From a virus (taxonomy: Duplodnaviria > Caudoviricetes): DNA of 64,000 nucleotides. The position numbers were made by a program, and so were the translations under genes. The stretch lies in the IMG/VR virus record IMGVR_UViG_3300037067_027616, positions 128,001 to 192,000 of that record. One strand, 5' to 3'. Below the pieces are notes generated by a model that was not told the DNA's origin, ran no database searches, and saw nothing but the letters and a program-made list of their open reading frames with translations. Shown piece after piece: positions 31,601-40,536 of this stretch (positions within the stretch are counted from its first letter, which is position 1; the number at the start of each line of letters is the position of its first letter).

Positions 31601-33082
31601 GAGTGGGGAAAACCTGCGCCGGTAGACGAATCAATCCCCGAAGCGGTAATGTCTAAAACCGCCTCTGAAGATGATGATGGTATCGACAAGAGCAACATCG
31701 AAAATTGGCTAAAATCGTCACCTCGCAAATATCTTGAAGATTTGTCACGCATAGGTATAAATGACTGGGATCTCATCGAGAGCCTTTATGGCGAGAAGAA
31801 GGCAGAGTACCGTGACCTCGTGCGTGGCAACCAGATGATAATCGATGGGCCGGAGGCTAAAGAACGCGTCAAGAAAATGATGGAGGAAGTAGATCGCAAA
31901 GCGAAGGAGTTGGCACGCATCGAATCTTTGAAAGACATGAGGATTCCGATCGGGGGACAGATGGTGAAGGTGTCCGATGTCGGCGATGTGTTCAACAGGG
32001 AACTTTCTTCGTATCTATCCAAGAAAAACACGGCACAGATGAAGCTCAGCATGTATCAGACGCTTTATGATCGGCTCATGCAGGAGTCTGCGGCGTACAA
32101 GGAATTTGTCGAAATCCCCGAGGATTTTGATACAAAACCCGTGATGGAGAGGGGCGAGGAAGATAAGGCTAAAGAGAAGATGGAACCTACCGAGCGCGAA
32201 ACCCAGGCTATAACCGACCAATTCTACCGGGGGCTGTTCTGGTATCTGCAGGATTATTGGAAGACTCGGTCCGGCAAGGAGTCTATGTTTGGATCTCGCG
32301 AATCTCCTGAATTCTCTAAACTGTATGATGCCACGAAAGCTATGGTCGGCGTACGCAGCACACCTGTCATACAGAAAGTCATACTCGCCGGGAGCCAGGC
32401 GAGAAAGCATCTTCGTGATGTGAAGAACTCCATAAGAGGAATAGCAACCAAGTTGAAGAGGATCGATGTGGATCCTTCTGCAGTGATCGAGCGGATAAAG
32501 AATCAATATGGGCTTTCCGACAAGAATTTCACAAGCATGGAAGACATCACAAAAGAAGAGGAACGCGTAAAAAGAAATATTCCTACAGAACCCACACAAA
32601 CGACCGGGGTACACTTATACTTCCTCATGAAGTACCGTGACCAATTAGAGTCCCTGTTGGAGTCCAAGAACGCGATGTACGAGATCCTCCGCGAGGTAGT
32701 GCCAGCAGAATACAAAGTATCTGTACTTGAGGCTATCAAATCAAAGACGGCCGACAAAAATCTCATAGGAGAAATTGACAAGCGCATAAAAATAATCAGG
32801 GAGGACGCAGAGGCCTTGGCTGAAAGAAAAACCAAAGATGCGGAGAAAGACATCGGTAAGGCCGTGCTCAAAGGAATAGATACAGTAAAAAAATCTGAAA
32901 TCCTTCAAGGGGCTATAGAAGAGACTCCACAATTGACAGAAGAATCAGTCGATGAGGAAGACAAGCAGGCCAGTTATATGAACCGTCCGGGATTCGACTT
33001 GGGTATCTTCTATGGTAAAGTCCTTCAAGACAAAATAGCGTCCATGGCCGCGCGGTATTTGAAGAATCGTTTGGAATCATAA
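25625..33082 (+). CDS. giant (2485 aa) helical/coiled-coil protein, putative virion-internal or ejection protein
   Basis: Uninterrupted ORF, K/E-rich, KxAS motifs; no recognisable catalytic motif. Confidence 0.8.
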   Translation: MAIMTNKLGVELMNKLVGLTTSDVYDPKRDRKLFGDFTDELVREISGATYAPEVVGVIEETAKNAQQDESAEFSKMTHQNKIKELIRVLHWAEDTTDLTLGQAPQVSARILKSIYIPDVSHVKTDTNAPELVNAGPLTEAELSFFENAPASATMSEYNEERNKRTPTKDTLPETYDPLTWNDIGKDADVQKVINAVRFFLGNREVKDGKKTYSRRVKEPPLKRYLADLATDEAENEGESKKGGTESAQKVKDLIFRLLGHVRDEKYKAWDEARRKMVEQQHAINPEPLSPVEKTHAMFYGENHGKDSDAAKTLGRTKAQLKHAVDNIFNKSVTKSGDILGDHKVVAINAGALNASIKAFKRYLQEMGKERKSKDDSGKDIAVPTNLQTDLKSLKNFINTGAHKPDMQTYKDLLGQLNGAISDANLTEDQRDSLYGIFPSASGEERSMKTVNDWISGLEERSGSAKKRSKEIEDKIKLPEEDRGSLKNMIELANNKRSEAYEAYRKAHTLSEDLAPKILRDLRSPFLVRGADLSNKEIEELADRVYKVTLEKYAPRYGEENVKRVFDYAKKYMLAKHEEESTLEDIKSSKDGELLYNLDTAKKNEENTKRLLDGALSLVVEKSTPGDKNKSYDFSNDSLKDIHKKADGLVNWVFNTRDESIKSANFKGVRDLIQKLDDIRKKLVKLSRTSKAAMFWDYGTGWMYRDKDAKTPAAFGEGKFDEGALLSDDPEKWISDLQNDSRLNFLETKTDELFKAGKGKPETVAGPSFSQIPVIYNHIVRLISKLKNFDPNAVKDKMINEAISRANIGYTIRSKETQKKKKTEEKERQKAYESENIKPIEMVKAEPAAQPQPEATPKSASSLSQLVVAFMDRVAAMREATFDFLSRTAKGRKIRPEILPAHTKREKKTGPVYLNAFFIDPDGADEFILELERNGFDFVNSLAMEDEALSGKTPKELEEKMPGPEKKPEQAQPARGHKFDIDEAIVKTMMKGSSRIQEHILKNKDRMADVLGKRLKNVDDQMKDAKRMVDVYTAEVANTELRNKLSFLKELASFIRNPEKVIKDYVPLAFPEKAWSMRQRELKNQQKDVEKIIEKVKRRKEFDLRRNKLKAKYESMGIDPETRDDYRYADKVVKQVDNLKKFMSLSELYEMYEDLPEYDKINRQIRGIRSRANKKGQMTDAESDELYALEQRVSRLDAYLSKKESFKNIQKLYPAESAQYTDPETEALYKKQVKDVPEDVKSEKRYQYEQRMKELDDLSSWDEFKSWIRKIQKAKPSSETTSKVSLEITRQKALIESLKKRISKAEGEAKSLKGEDATKAKALIDDLKKNLTSAESSLSQDEKKLVTMTSRKKGLGDTQFGKTEPKELVRLRKEVADAEEQLKNAPENERENAKTRLEGLKGKLTSAEEDFKKTKALREKGVSDIGLGEYEPKEGRRLWDRFMDNVKNIVVLGMKKDRYPKMLFDLANENVLSYVAPDEFLKTVSDMERRLSEAGVKKYLVLKNLFGSEGDWNTMKSSIEKRLDSLKTNAEDKKKVLGEARKKLEELKKSTPVEPGEDEQNVVTEAESDVKGLENDISYTLENEKALRGLMEEIDSMYSKQKELSKASEPGLSKNINEVLSKPLPKPTMTDAEMKQTVEQYVKSKNRQKIIDFVLDVDNANKPIQNELEILKNTKSSVDKLYGDSPERQEMYRKVDDRKKELSELLVSDPREYYVNKVVEGFKSRMKEMSPEQESKIRKELTEHLEKKIPGSRWKAYEEEEKKKETSGLKPKMVIEKYLQLYPLSFGGESAIRAVAKSTVDSLSKKADGTTDSLGFKELVRDAKKYESTALQLGDSFKKFVVIGTTQVVIRSLEDVDKMENRFVNSLSTVNAYIDFANETRAVVDSAANKLEASIPKDTQEWKKSSAEGVKKLEEMKKEIDDFWSEIKKDILEYRKNKNLKLNLGKAQPLKPEESDPFWSTRTRYEDMPKAQKGVPGRTKRKTDYPLQKDTDPEWGKPAPVDESIPEAVMSKTASEDDDGIDKSNIENWLKSSPRKYLEDLSRIGINDWDLIESLYGEKKAEYRDLVRGNQMIIDGPEAKERVKKMMEEVDRKAKELARIESLKDMRIPIGGQMVKVSDVGDVFNRELSSYLSKKNTAQMKLSMYQTLYDRLMQESAAYKEFVEIPEDFDTKPVMERGEEDKAKEKMEPTERETQAITDQFYRGLFWYLQDYWKTRSGKESMFGSRESPEFSKLYDATKAMVGVRSTPVIQKVILAGSQARKHLRDVKNSIRGIATKLKRIDVDPSAVIERIKNQYGLSDKNFTSMEDITKEEERVKRNIPTEPTQTTGVHLYFLMKYRDQLESLLESKNAMYEILREVVPAEYKVSVLEAIKSKTADKNLIGEIDKRIKIIREDAEALAERKTKDAEKDIGKAVLKGIDTVKKSEILQGAIEETPQLTEESVDEEDKQASYMNRPGFDLGIFYGKVLQDKIASMAARYLKNRLES

Positions 33083-33083
33083 C

Positions 33084-34628
33084 ATGAAGATTTTCTTGGA
33101 TCTTGATGGTGTTTTGACCGATTTTCAAAAATCGATGTGTGCATTGATGGGTGTGAAGCTTGACCGCGACAAGGTGTGGGACGATAGCAGGAAACTGTGG
33201 TCAAAAGTCGATGAAGAGGGTGAGAAATTCTGGACCGAGATGGAGTGGCAACCCGGGGGCAAGAATCTGTGGGAGGCTTTGAAGGAGTACACCCCTACCA
33301 TACTGTCATCGCCGACAAGGCACGAGTCGTCAAAGACGGGAAAACGTAAATGGGTGCGGGAAAATCTTGGTGATGACGTAAAGGTCATCTTGGAAACAAA
33401 AAAGGAGAAATACGCTTCACCCGATGCCATCCTTGTGGACGATAGGAAGAAGAATATCGCCAAATGGAAAGAGGCAGGCGGCATAGGCGTATTGCATACC
33501 GACCCCGATAAGACCATAGACAAGGTTAAAGAACTCATGTCAACAAACAAGGAAGCATCCAATATAAAGTACGTGGCGGATCCAAAAAATCCTACCAGGA
33601 GAATAGTGCTTGAAAAACTCCACGGGGGCAGGGGAACAAAGACGCACACCAATGAAACCGCGTACAAAAGAAAGCGTGAAAAGGATTGGCGCCAACACAC
33701 TGTAGAAGGTTCTCTACGCGTCGTCTTGGCCTATCTGTCCAAAGAGGAAGCCCTCGATAACTTCAAATTTAGATCGCACCCCGTAGTGATAGACCCTTAC
33801 GACGCTATCGTGCAGCAGGCTCTACAGAAAATGGGTCCTTCTGGCAGGAACGTTGACGTGGTGAAGCTTGAGCCTACCTGCCCCGGTGATAGAGTGGCTT
33901 GGGTAGCCAATGAAGATTTCTTCCAAGGAAAAAAGGATAGGAAAAGAGTCGTGCATCTCTGCCTAAACAAAATCAAATCAGATTTCAAAAAGGCACACGG
34001 CAAAGATTTCAATATGACCAACGCCGAGGATACCAAGAGGATGCGTGAGGTAGTCCTGTCCTACTTGAAAGACGTGGTGCTTCCGCATGAGGAAACTCAC
34101 ATCGAGCAGGAGACCAAAGGAGAAGGACAGTTTGGAGCATCGCCGGAGGTAGGCGCCGAGAGGGCGGAGGACTGGTCGAAACTTGAACAAATGGGTATTA
34201 AAAAGAAAGCTGGATTCTTTCCGGATAACTATGATCCAAAAAAGGGAGAATTCATCGGTAAACTAACACCTATATACACAGACAAACCCATGCGCCGAGA
34301 AGTTCCATTTTCCTTTAAAAGGTTGCGCACGGAAAACCTCAACTATGTTAGAAATGCCCTGTTGAAATTAAAGGACCAAAAAGCAACGAAAATATGGGAT
34401 GCCATAGAGTCTGGATTACAGGGTGACTACAGCCGGGAACAAGAAGAGGAACTCAAAAGAATCATACAGGAAGATGCCCGGGACTATAGCTTATCTGTCG
34501 GGGAACTGATAAATAATTTGTTTGGAAATACTAAGATAGAAGACCTCCGTTCATCCCCTGTTTATCAAGGGATAACCAGAAAATTTGCCCAAAGTGTAGT
34601 GATAAGATACCTCCATAAAAAAATGTAA
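33084..34628 (+). CDS. multidomain protein: N-terminal HAD 5'(3')-deoxyribonucleotidase-like domain plus HExxH domain
   Basis: FLDLDGV, ILSSP, LVDDR; later PHEETH. Confidence 0.8.
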   Translation: MKIFLDLDGVLTDFQKSMCALMGVKLDRDKVWDDSRKLWSKVDEEGEKFWTEMEWQPGGKNLWEALKEYTPTILSSPTRHESSKTGKRKWVRENLGDDVKVILETKKEKYASPDAILVDDRKKNIAKWKEAGGIGVLHTDPDKTIDKVKELMSTNKEASNIKYVADPKNPTRRIVLEKLHGGRGTKTHTNETAYKRKREKDWRQHTVEGSLRVVLAYLSKEEALDNFKFRSHPVVIDPYDAIVQQALQKMGPSGRNVDVVKLEPTCPGDRVAWVANEDFFQGKKDRKRVVHLCLNKIKSDFKKAHGKDFNMTNAEDTKRMREVVLSYLKDVVLPHEETHIEQETKGEGQFGASPEVGAERAEDWSKLEQMGIKKKAGFFPDNYDPKKGEFIGKLTPIYTDKPMRREVPFSFKRLRTENLNYVRNALLKLKDQKATKIWDAIESGLQGDYSREQEEELKRIIQEDARDYSLSVGELINNLFGNTKIEDLRSSPVYQGITRKFAQSVVIRYLHKKM

Positions 34629-34633
34629 GCGGT

Positions 34634-36094
34634 ATGTACTACACCAAACTATCGTCATACATAAGGAAAATCGCCGCCTCCGGTGGTGGTCCTATTCCTA
34701 AAAGGTCCTTCGGAAAAACAGGCCTCGATGTTACCATCCTCGGACTCGGGGGCGGCGCCGTTGTGGGTCTCAAAGGTAAAGAAAACGAGAGCAAAGCCGA
34801 AGGTGTGATCCGGGCTGCCTTGAGGTTCGGGGTCAATTACTTTGACACCTCTCCGGAGTACGGCCCCAGTGAGGTTCGTATAGGCTCCGCGTTGGGCAAG
34901 GATAGGCCTTCAGTCGTTTTGGCGACCAAGACCCATGACAGGACGAGGGATGGCTCCTTGAGGCTCCTAGAGGCCTCCTTAAAGGCCCTAAAGACCGACC
35001 ATGTTGATGTGTGGCAGATGCACCACATCGACCATGAAGATGAAGTAAAAATGGTACTAGCAAAGGATGGCGCTTTAAAGGCCCTGCAGGAGGCTAAATC
35101 GCAAGGTATGACACGTTATATAGGTGTCACCGGCCATTACGACCCAGCCCCCTTATCTGCCCTCATAAAGACGGGGGAATTGGACACGGCTCTGCTCGCC
35201 ATGAACGCCGCAGACGTACACGACCAACACAGTTTCATAAAAGGAGTCCTTCCATCGGCTATAAAAGCCAGGCTTGGCGTGGTGTGCATGAAGGTCGCGA
35301 GCATGGGAAGGATATTTAACCCTTGGAATCTCAATAACATACGTGACGCTCTTTATTATTGTCTCAGTCTTCCTGTGTCCACGGCAATCATCGGGGTGGA
35401 TGACGAGGATCAACTTGCAGAGAACGTGACATTAGTTAAAATGTTTGAGAAGCTATCCGATGACGAAATGGGTCGCATCCACGATCTCACTGAAGAATAC
35501 CATGAAATTGCTAATTTCTTCAGGAAGGGTCACGAGGTTCACAACCCTTTCTGGAAGCCCTACGGTTACCAGGGAAAAAAAGCATCCGATAAAGGAAAAA
35601 GGTTGATCATACTTCGAGGTATAAGTGGCACGGGCAAGTCGACCTTGGCGAGGGATCTCGAGCGTGAACACAAGACGAAGGCGCTCGGGTCAGACGACTT
35701 TTTCATGAAGGGCGGGAAGTACATCTATGACATGGCCAAGCTTTCGGAGGCCCACTCTTGGAACCAGCAGAGGGTACGCGAAACGATGAAGCGTGGTGAC
35801 CCCGTAGTCATTGTTGATAACACGAACACACAAGCTTGGGAGATGAAGCCGTACGTGCAGGCCGCCAAGGAATTTGGGTACTCTGTAGAATTCAAGGAGC
35901 CCGGTTGGTCGCCGAAACTCAAGGACGAGCAAGGCAAATGGAATGTCGACTTCATTGAAAAATTGCAAAGAAACAAAGATAGATCAAACATAGGAAAAAC
36001 GATACCGCGCGAGGTGCTGGAGAGAATGCGCGACAGGTACCAATATGGGGTTACTGAAGAAGACGTACTCAAATCCCAAATGCCAGAAATTTGA
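34634..36094 (+). CDS. aldo/keto reductase fused to N4BP2-like (AAA_33) polynucleotide kinase
   Basis: FDTSPEYG, ATKT, IGVTGH; then LRGISGTGKS, SDDFF, IVDNTN. Confidence 0.85.
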   Translation: MYYTKLSSYIRKIAASGGGPIPKRSFGKTGLDVTILGLGGGAVVGLKGKENESKAEGVIRAALRFGVNYFDTSPEYGPSEVRIGSALGKDRPSVVLATKTHDRTRDGSLRLLEASLKALKTDHVDVWQMHHIDHEDEVKMVLAKDGALKALQEAKSQGMTRYIGVTGHYDPAPLSALIKTGELDTALLAMNAADVHDQHSFIKGVLPSAIKARLGVVCMKVASMGRIFNPWNLNNIRDALYYCLSLPVSTAIIGVDDEDQLAENVTLVKMFEKLSDDEMGRIHDLTEEYHEIANFFRKGHEVHNPFWKPYGYQGKKASDKGKRLIILRGISGTGKSTLARDLEREHKTKALGSDDFFMKGGKYIYDMAKLSEAHSWNQQRVRETMKRGDPVVIVDNTNTQAWEMKPYVQAAKEFGYSVEFKEPGWSPKLKDEQGKWNVDFIEKLQRNKDRSNIGKTIPREVLERMRDRYQYGVTEEDVLKSQMPEI

Positions 36095-36118
36095 CACCCT
36101 CCCAAAAAAGGATTTGAC

Positions 36119-36580
36119 ATGCGCATTACTGATTACCTCGACAGGATAGCGAGTGACCTTGAATCAAAAGGCCTGTTCAAAGAAGCTTACGATATTGATA
36201 TACTCGCCAACACACTTGACCTCATGACTCAACACGCCAAGGTCACCGAGCGCGAAAGGATGGAAGAACTCAACTATGCCGGGCAGTATATTTCGGCAAC
36301 CCGGCCTAATCTCGCTATGCAGTCCTTCTTGGATTATTGGGGGCCGGAGTACGGCCCGACAATTTATGACTTGGCGAAGAGGAAAGCATCCGGCGACACA
36401 AACCCTGGTCTTTTCCAAAATTGGCAGACGGTCGTGGGGAAGGCAAGGCAATCCAAATCGGTAAGAAGGCAATTGACCCCGGAGCAAACTTCACAGGATC
36501 CCTTCATGTCACAAGCGGAACGTGAAAAACTTCGTAGGCCCGTTCAACAAAAAGATGATGTTTTTACTAGAAGTGAATAG
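36119..36580 (+). CDS. hypothetical protein with shared N-terminal module
   Basis: LDRIASDLESKGLFKEAYDIDILANTLD. Confidence 0.7.
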   Translation: MRITDYLDRIASDLESKGLFKEAYDIDILANTLDLMTQHAKVTERERMEELNYAGQYISATRPNLAMQSFLDYWGPEYGPTIYDLAKRKASGDTNPGLFQNWQTVVGKARQSKSVRRQLTPEQTSQDPFMSQAEREKLRRPVQQKDDVFTRSE

Positions 36581-36605
36581 AATCCCTGCCGAGGTCAAGG
36601 CTTTT

Positions 36606-38396
36606 TCAGACAAGTTCCTCAAAAGGTGGGGCTTTTAACGGAAGACCTTTTTCCCTATCCTCTTGTTTCTTTTTGGTTTTTTGTAAAATTTCAGAGTCAA
36701 CTTTATTCTTCAATATTTTCTCCCAGCCTTTTCTTGAAGCCATCTCGCCAAGTATCTTTCGAGCCTCCGCCGCGCGTTGGCGTTCGTCCATGTTGTCAAA
36801 GTGCCCTTCTAAAAGCTTCTTTTTTAGTATTGCTTTTATTTCCCCAACTACAGGGCCTTTTGTAACTTCTGAAAATTCCGCCATGATTTCATCGCCGGAC
36901 ATGGGATCTATATACCGATACGACCCTCCGGAGGGCGCCAGCAATCCTTTTTTGATGTCATCATCCTTGAGTCTTTTTAAGTCTTGTTTAATTTTGTCGA
37001 TCCTTGATTTTTCAGTATCATCGAGAGCTTGATCAGCCTCGATGACAGCAAGAGCGTCATCAAGGTCATTGAAAACACACTGCAGGAAAGTCCTCAAAAG
37101 CATCGATGATTCTTGGGGCGTTTTCGGATCCTTGGTAAAAGCCATATGCGAATGTATTATTTTGGTAATAGAATCAATATCCTCGTTATCGTACGTAAGT
37201 TCTTTGAGGGCTTTTCTTGCCAAATCTACGCCGTATTCAGCGTGTTCTGCGAAATATACGACGGGCTTTCCTTGTTTGTTGATTGCCTTTTTCTCGGTTA
37301 AAAGCTTGCCGATGTCATGGAACAAAGCTGCAAGTCGTGCTTTTTTGGAACCCGGAGTCTTTTTTATAACATCAAGGGTATGTTCCCACACGTTCTCCCC
37401 ATGATGCCATTTTCTTGATGCATCGTGATATACATCGAGCATTTTAGATAAAGTGGGTGATACAAAATCGAGGACACCCATGTCACGCATAAGATCTAGC
37501 CCTTCTGCTGCGACATTCCCATCAGGGTGTTCGAGTATTTTGTTTAATTCTTCACGGATTCTTTCTGGTTTTACTTTGTCTTTTATGATCTCTTTTCCTT
37601 CTTGAGTCTTTGCGAAACGCTTTATGAATTCCTCCGTACTCGGGTCAAATTCAAAATTAGGAAGTTTTCCTTTGAAGCGAATTATGCGGAAAATTCGCAA
37701 TGGGTCGTCTTTGTATATCTGAACCATGCCCCCTGGATGAGGGGGTGGTTTCAGAATTTTTTTCTTTAGATCTTCAACACCGCCGACGAAATCCTTTATT
37801 TCTCCGGACGCGACGTCTTGGTATATGGCGTTCACAGTTAAGTCGCGCCTTTTTGCATCATCTTCAAGTGTGGTATACTTCACGTAGGAAGGTCCACGTC
37901 CTTTGATATAGGGTCCCTCAAGCCGCGGGGGTGTCATTTCAATGACATACCCTGACACATCGATGCCATCGTAAACGAATGGCTGTTGCTTTTCTCGTGG
38001 CTGGACAAGGGCAAGAGTCCAAATGCCATACTGCTCCTTGAGTACCGCCGGGTTGTTAGGGGTTGTGATCCCCAAAGCATCGCCTAATTTTTTTGTGAAT
38101 ATCTCTGCGGCTTTCATGTCGTCTTCTGGGGAGTCCACGACAAGATCTATATCTTTGGGATTCGTGTTCAACATCTTGTCCCGCACGTATCCACCGACAG
38201 CGTAGACTTTGCCTTTGTATTCGGGGAGAGTAGTCGTGACCATGTCTTTCAGAAGCTTTTCTACAGCCTTCGTTTGTGTCGCCTTATCCTCTTTGGACTT
38301 ACGGATTTCGGTTACCGTATGTGCCGTTTGCTTCTGAAGATATGCCAACACTACTCTTATCGAATCTCCCATAGCATCTTTATCCTTGTTATTCAT
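36606..38396 (-). CDS. cca: tRNA nucleotidyltransferase (CCA-adding, class II) with HD domain
   Basis: VGGYVRD, DIDL, RRDLTVNA, DDPLRIFR, ERIREEL, ALFHDIGK. Confidence 0.9.
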   Translation of the reverse strand: MNNKDKDAMGDSIRVVLAYLQKQTAHTVTEIRKSKEDKATQTKAVEKLLKDMVTTTLPEYKGKVYAVGGYVRDKMLNTNPKDIDLVVDSPEDDMKAAEIFTKKLGDALGITTPNNPAVLKEQYGIWTLALVQPREKQQPFVYDGIDVSGYVIEMTPPRLEGPYIKGRGPSYVKYTTLEDDAKRRDLTVNAIYQDVASGEIKDFVGGVEDLKKKILKPPPHPGGMVQIYKDDPLRIFRIIRFKGKLPNFEFDPSTEEFIKRFAKTQEGKEIIKDKVKPERIREELNKILEHPDGNVAAEGLDLMRDMGVLDFVSPTLSKMLDVYHDASRKWHHGENVWEHTLDVIKKTPGSKKARLAALFHDIGKLLTEKKAINKQGKPVVYFAEHAEYGVDLARKALKELTYDNEDIDSITKIIHSHMAFTKDPKTPQESSMLLRTFLQCVFNDLDDALAVIEADQALDDTEKSRIDKIKQDLKRLKDDDIKKGLLAPSGGSYRYIDPMSGDEIMAEFSEVTKGPVVGEIKAILKKKLLEGHFDNMDERQRAAEARKILGEMASRKGWEKILKNKVDSEILQKTKKKQEDREKGLPLKAPPFEELV

Positions 38397-38563
38397 GATT
38401 CATGAATTGAAGAAAAACGTGAAGCACGGATTTATTAGCCTCAATGCGGTCTTCAAATTTCTCACACGAAGGTGTTTCCGTGCACGCAAAGTACGGCACG
38501 CCTTCTTTTGACACCATGTCTTCGAAGGATCCGTCATGGACTTTGTACTCTATATAGTCGCGC

Positions 38564-39190
38564 TCATGTTTTTGTCACCTTCAAACATTCCCCAGCATCG
38601 GAATATACCAAAGTTTCAACCCCGTGTGCCTTTAATTCCCGGAGCACAAGGGGATCGTAACCTGCACATATTGTCACAGGTATCACATGCGAGTACAGAT
38701 GGTAGTGAAGTCGCAGCATCATGTACATACGGTATTTAAGTATCTGACCTATCAAGTCATGCTCCCCTACACGCACCTTCACTTCAGTCGGGTAAACGGT
38801 GTCATCCGACCTGTAGAGCATGTCCACCCGGCCGTGCGGAGGACAAGGATGTTCGAGGTTCTCAAGCCACACGGGCTGACCGAGTATTTCCCTTATGTCC
38901 CCAAGAGCTTCGGAATGGATCCTCTTGACGATGCTGTCCTGCTTCGAATTGGCGCCCTCCGCCTTGTCGGTCGCAAAAGGGGACTCATCGACCCAGGCCT
39001 TGTCGGAGATCAACCCTGTCGACAAAGCGTTCCGTATCTTCTTCAACTCTTTGTATTGGTTCTCGGAAAGAACGGTAGGGGTGCCTTTTGACCGATACTC
39101 CTCCCGGAGCATGTCAAGGTACAAAGAGGCATACTTTCGGCTGCCCTTCAAATATGAATAAAGGCACATGTAGTAGAGGGTATCTATCAA
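38564..39190 (-). CDS. PD-(D/E)xK nuclease-like protein
   Basis: GRVDML...EVK...IGQILKY. Confidence 0.65.
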   Translation of the reverse strand: MIDTLYYMCLYSYLKGSRKYASLYLDMLREEYRSKGTPTVLSENQYKELKKIRNALSTGLISDKAWVDESPFATDKAEGANSKQDSIVKRIHSEALGDIREILGQPVWLENLEHPCPPHGRVDMLYRSDDTVYPTEVKVRVGEHDLIGQILKYRMYMMLRLHYHLYSHVIPVTICAGYDPLVLRELKAHGVETLVYSDAGECLKVTKT

Positions 39191-39194
39191 AACA

Positions 39195-39225
39195 GCCTAC
39201 CTGTAAAAGTGACTTACAGGTAGGC
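39195..39225. terminator. hairpin terminator
   Basis: gcctacctgtaa...ttacaggtaggc. Confidence 0.55.
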
Positions 39226-39251
39226 CAGAAAATTAAGAGGTAATTATTCGA

Positions 39252-40487
39252 CTATTTTGCTGATGGGTACTTGTAGATGTCCCCTAAATAATTTTTCAAA
39301 AACGTCTGTGTGGAATTGTGGTGTACCTCATTGTCGTCCATGATAGGTACCTTGCCTCCCCCTCCCGGGGCGTCCACCACGTAAGTAGGCACTGCGTACC
39401 CACTTATCCGTCCGCGCATGTCGGACACTATCTTCCTGCCTGTTGCGATCATTGTTCTGAAATGGCTGGATCCAAGTATCGGATCGCATTGGTATAGATA
39501 ATATGGTCGTACGCGCCGGCGCATCAACTCCGTGCACAATTTGCTTATAACAGACACGTTGTCGTTGATACCTTTAAGAAGGACTGTTTGGCTCCCCAAC
39601 GGGATACCTGCATCGGCAAGCATGGCCAATGCCTGTGTGGATTCATTCGTAAGTTCATGTGGATGCGTGACATGCACGCTCATCCAAACAGGATGGAACT
39701 TGGAGATGAGCTTGCACAACGCCGGGGTTATTCTTTGGGGGAGTACCATAGGCACCTTCGTACCTATCCTGATAACCTCTACGTGTGGTATGCTCCGGAA
39801 TAGTTCTAACAATTTGAAAAGGCGGGCGTCAGTCATTGTGAGAGGGTCACCACCAGAGAGTATAACATCCCGCACTTCTGGATGTTCCCTGACGTAATCT
39901 GCGCACCTTTTCCACCTTGCCTCGTCTGGCCTTGCACACGAGGATCTTCCACCCACCAAACGAGACCTGGTGCAGTACCGACAATAACAGGAACACATGT
40001 CGGTGGTCATGACGAGGACTCTATCAGGATAACGGTGCACGAGTCCGTCAACGGGAGATTGTTTGTCCTCGTGCAAGGGGTCACTTTCCTCCCCTTCAGA
40101 GAATAATAGTTCCATTTTGCTTGGAACCATGCACTTTCGTAAGGGGTCGTTTCTGTCGTTTGGATCCATCAAAGACAAGTAATAGGGGGTAACAGCCATA
40201 GGCATATCTGCCTCATGATCTGTATCCCATTCGGAAAAACCGAATTTTTTCAAATCTGATGTGCTTCTAACGGTATTGCGGATTTGCCATCTCCAATCGT
40301 TCCAATCTTTATTAGAGGACTCTGGGAAGTTCCTCTCACGGAACGATGCCGTTTTTATCTTTTCTTCTTGTATGGTTGTTGTAAGGGTACTACCCGGAGG
40401 CTCCGAGTATGAAACTTCGTCCGAACCCATCTTTCTACACTCCTTGTGTGCTTGCCTTAAGCTGTCAATCGTTACTGCAAAATACAC
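39252..40487 (-). CDS. kamA: KamA-family radical SAM (lysine 2,3-aminomutase-like)
   Basis: HRYPDRVL, CSCYCRYC, LSGGDP, PYYLYQCD, DAPGGGGK. Confidence 0.9.
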   Translation of the reverse strand: MYFAVTIDSLRQAHKECRKMGSDEVSYSEPPGSTLTTTIQEEKIKTASFRERNFPESSNKDWNDWRWQIRNTVRSTSDLKKFGFSEWDTDHEADMPMAVTPYYLSLMDPNDRNDPLRKCMVPSKMELLFSEGEESDPLHEDKQSPVDGLVHRYPDRVLVMTTDMCSCYCRYCTRSRLVGGRSSCARPDEARWKRCADYVREHPEVRDVILSGGDPLTMTDARLFKLLELFRSIPHVEVIRIGTKVPMVLPQRITPALCKLISKFHPVWMSVHVTHPHELTNESTQALAMLADAGIPLGSQTVLLKGINDNVSVISKLCTELMRRRVRPYYLYQCDPILGSSHFRTMIATGRKIVSDMRGRISGYAVPTYVVDAPGGGGKVPIMDDNEVHHNSTQTFLKNYLGDIYKYPSAK

Positions 40488-40536
40488 ATAGTGCGGCGTA
40501 TTAGCAATGTATTACTTTATTATTTTTGTAAATGTT

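Noticed and set aside
25625-33082. Tape-measure protein or virion RNA polymerase call for the 2485-aa ORF
   Set aside because: No tail-gene context, no periodic Trp/Phe pattern and no DxDGD motif found.
33620-33690. ArfA-like ribosome-rescue motif (GRGTKTH...YKRK)
   Set aside because: Short basic stretch; resemblance too weak to call.
20049-36126. Many antisense ORFs within the large + strand genes
   Set aside because: Ser/Phe/Leu-rich shadows of Lys/Glu-rich coding sequence.
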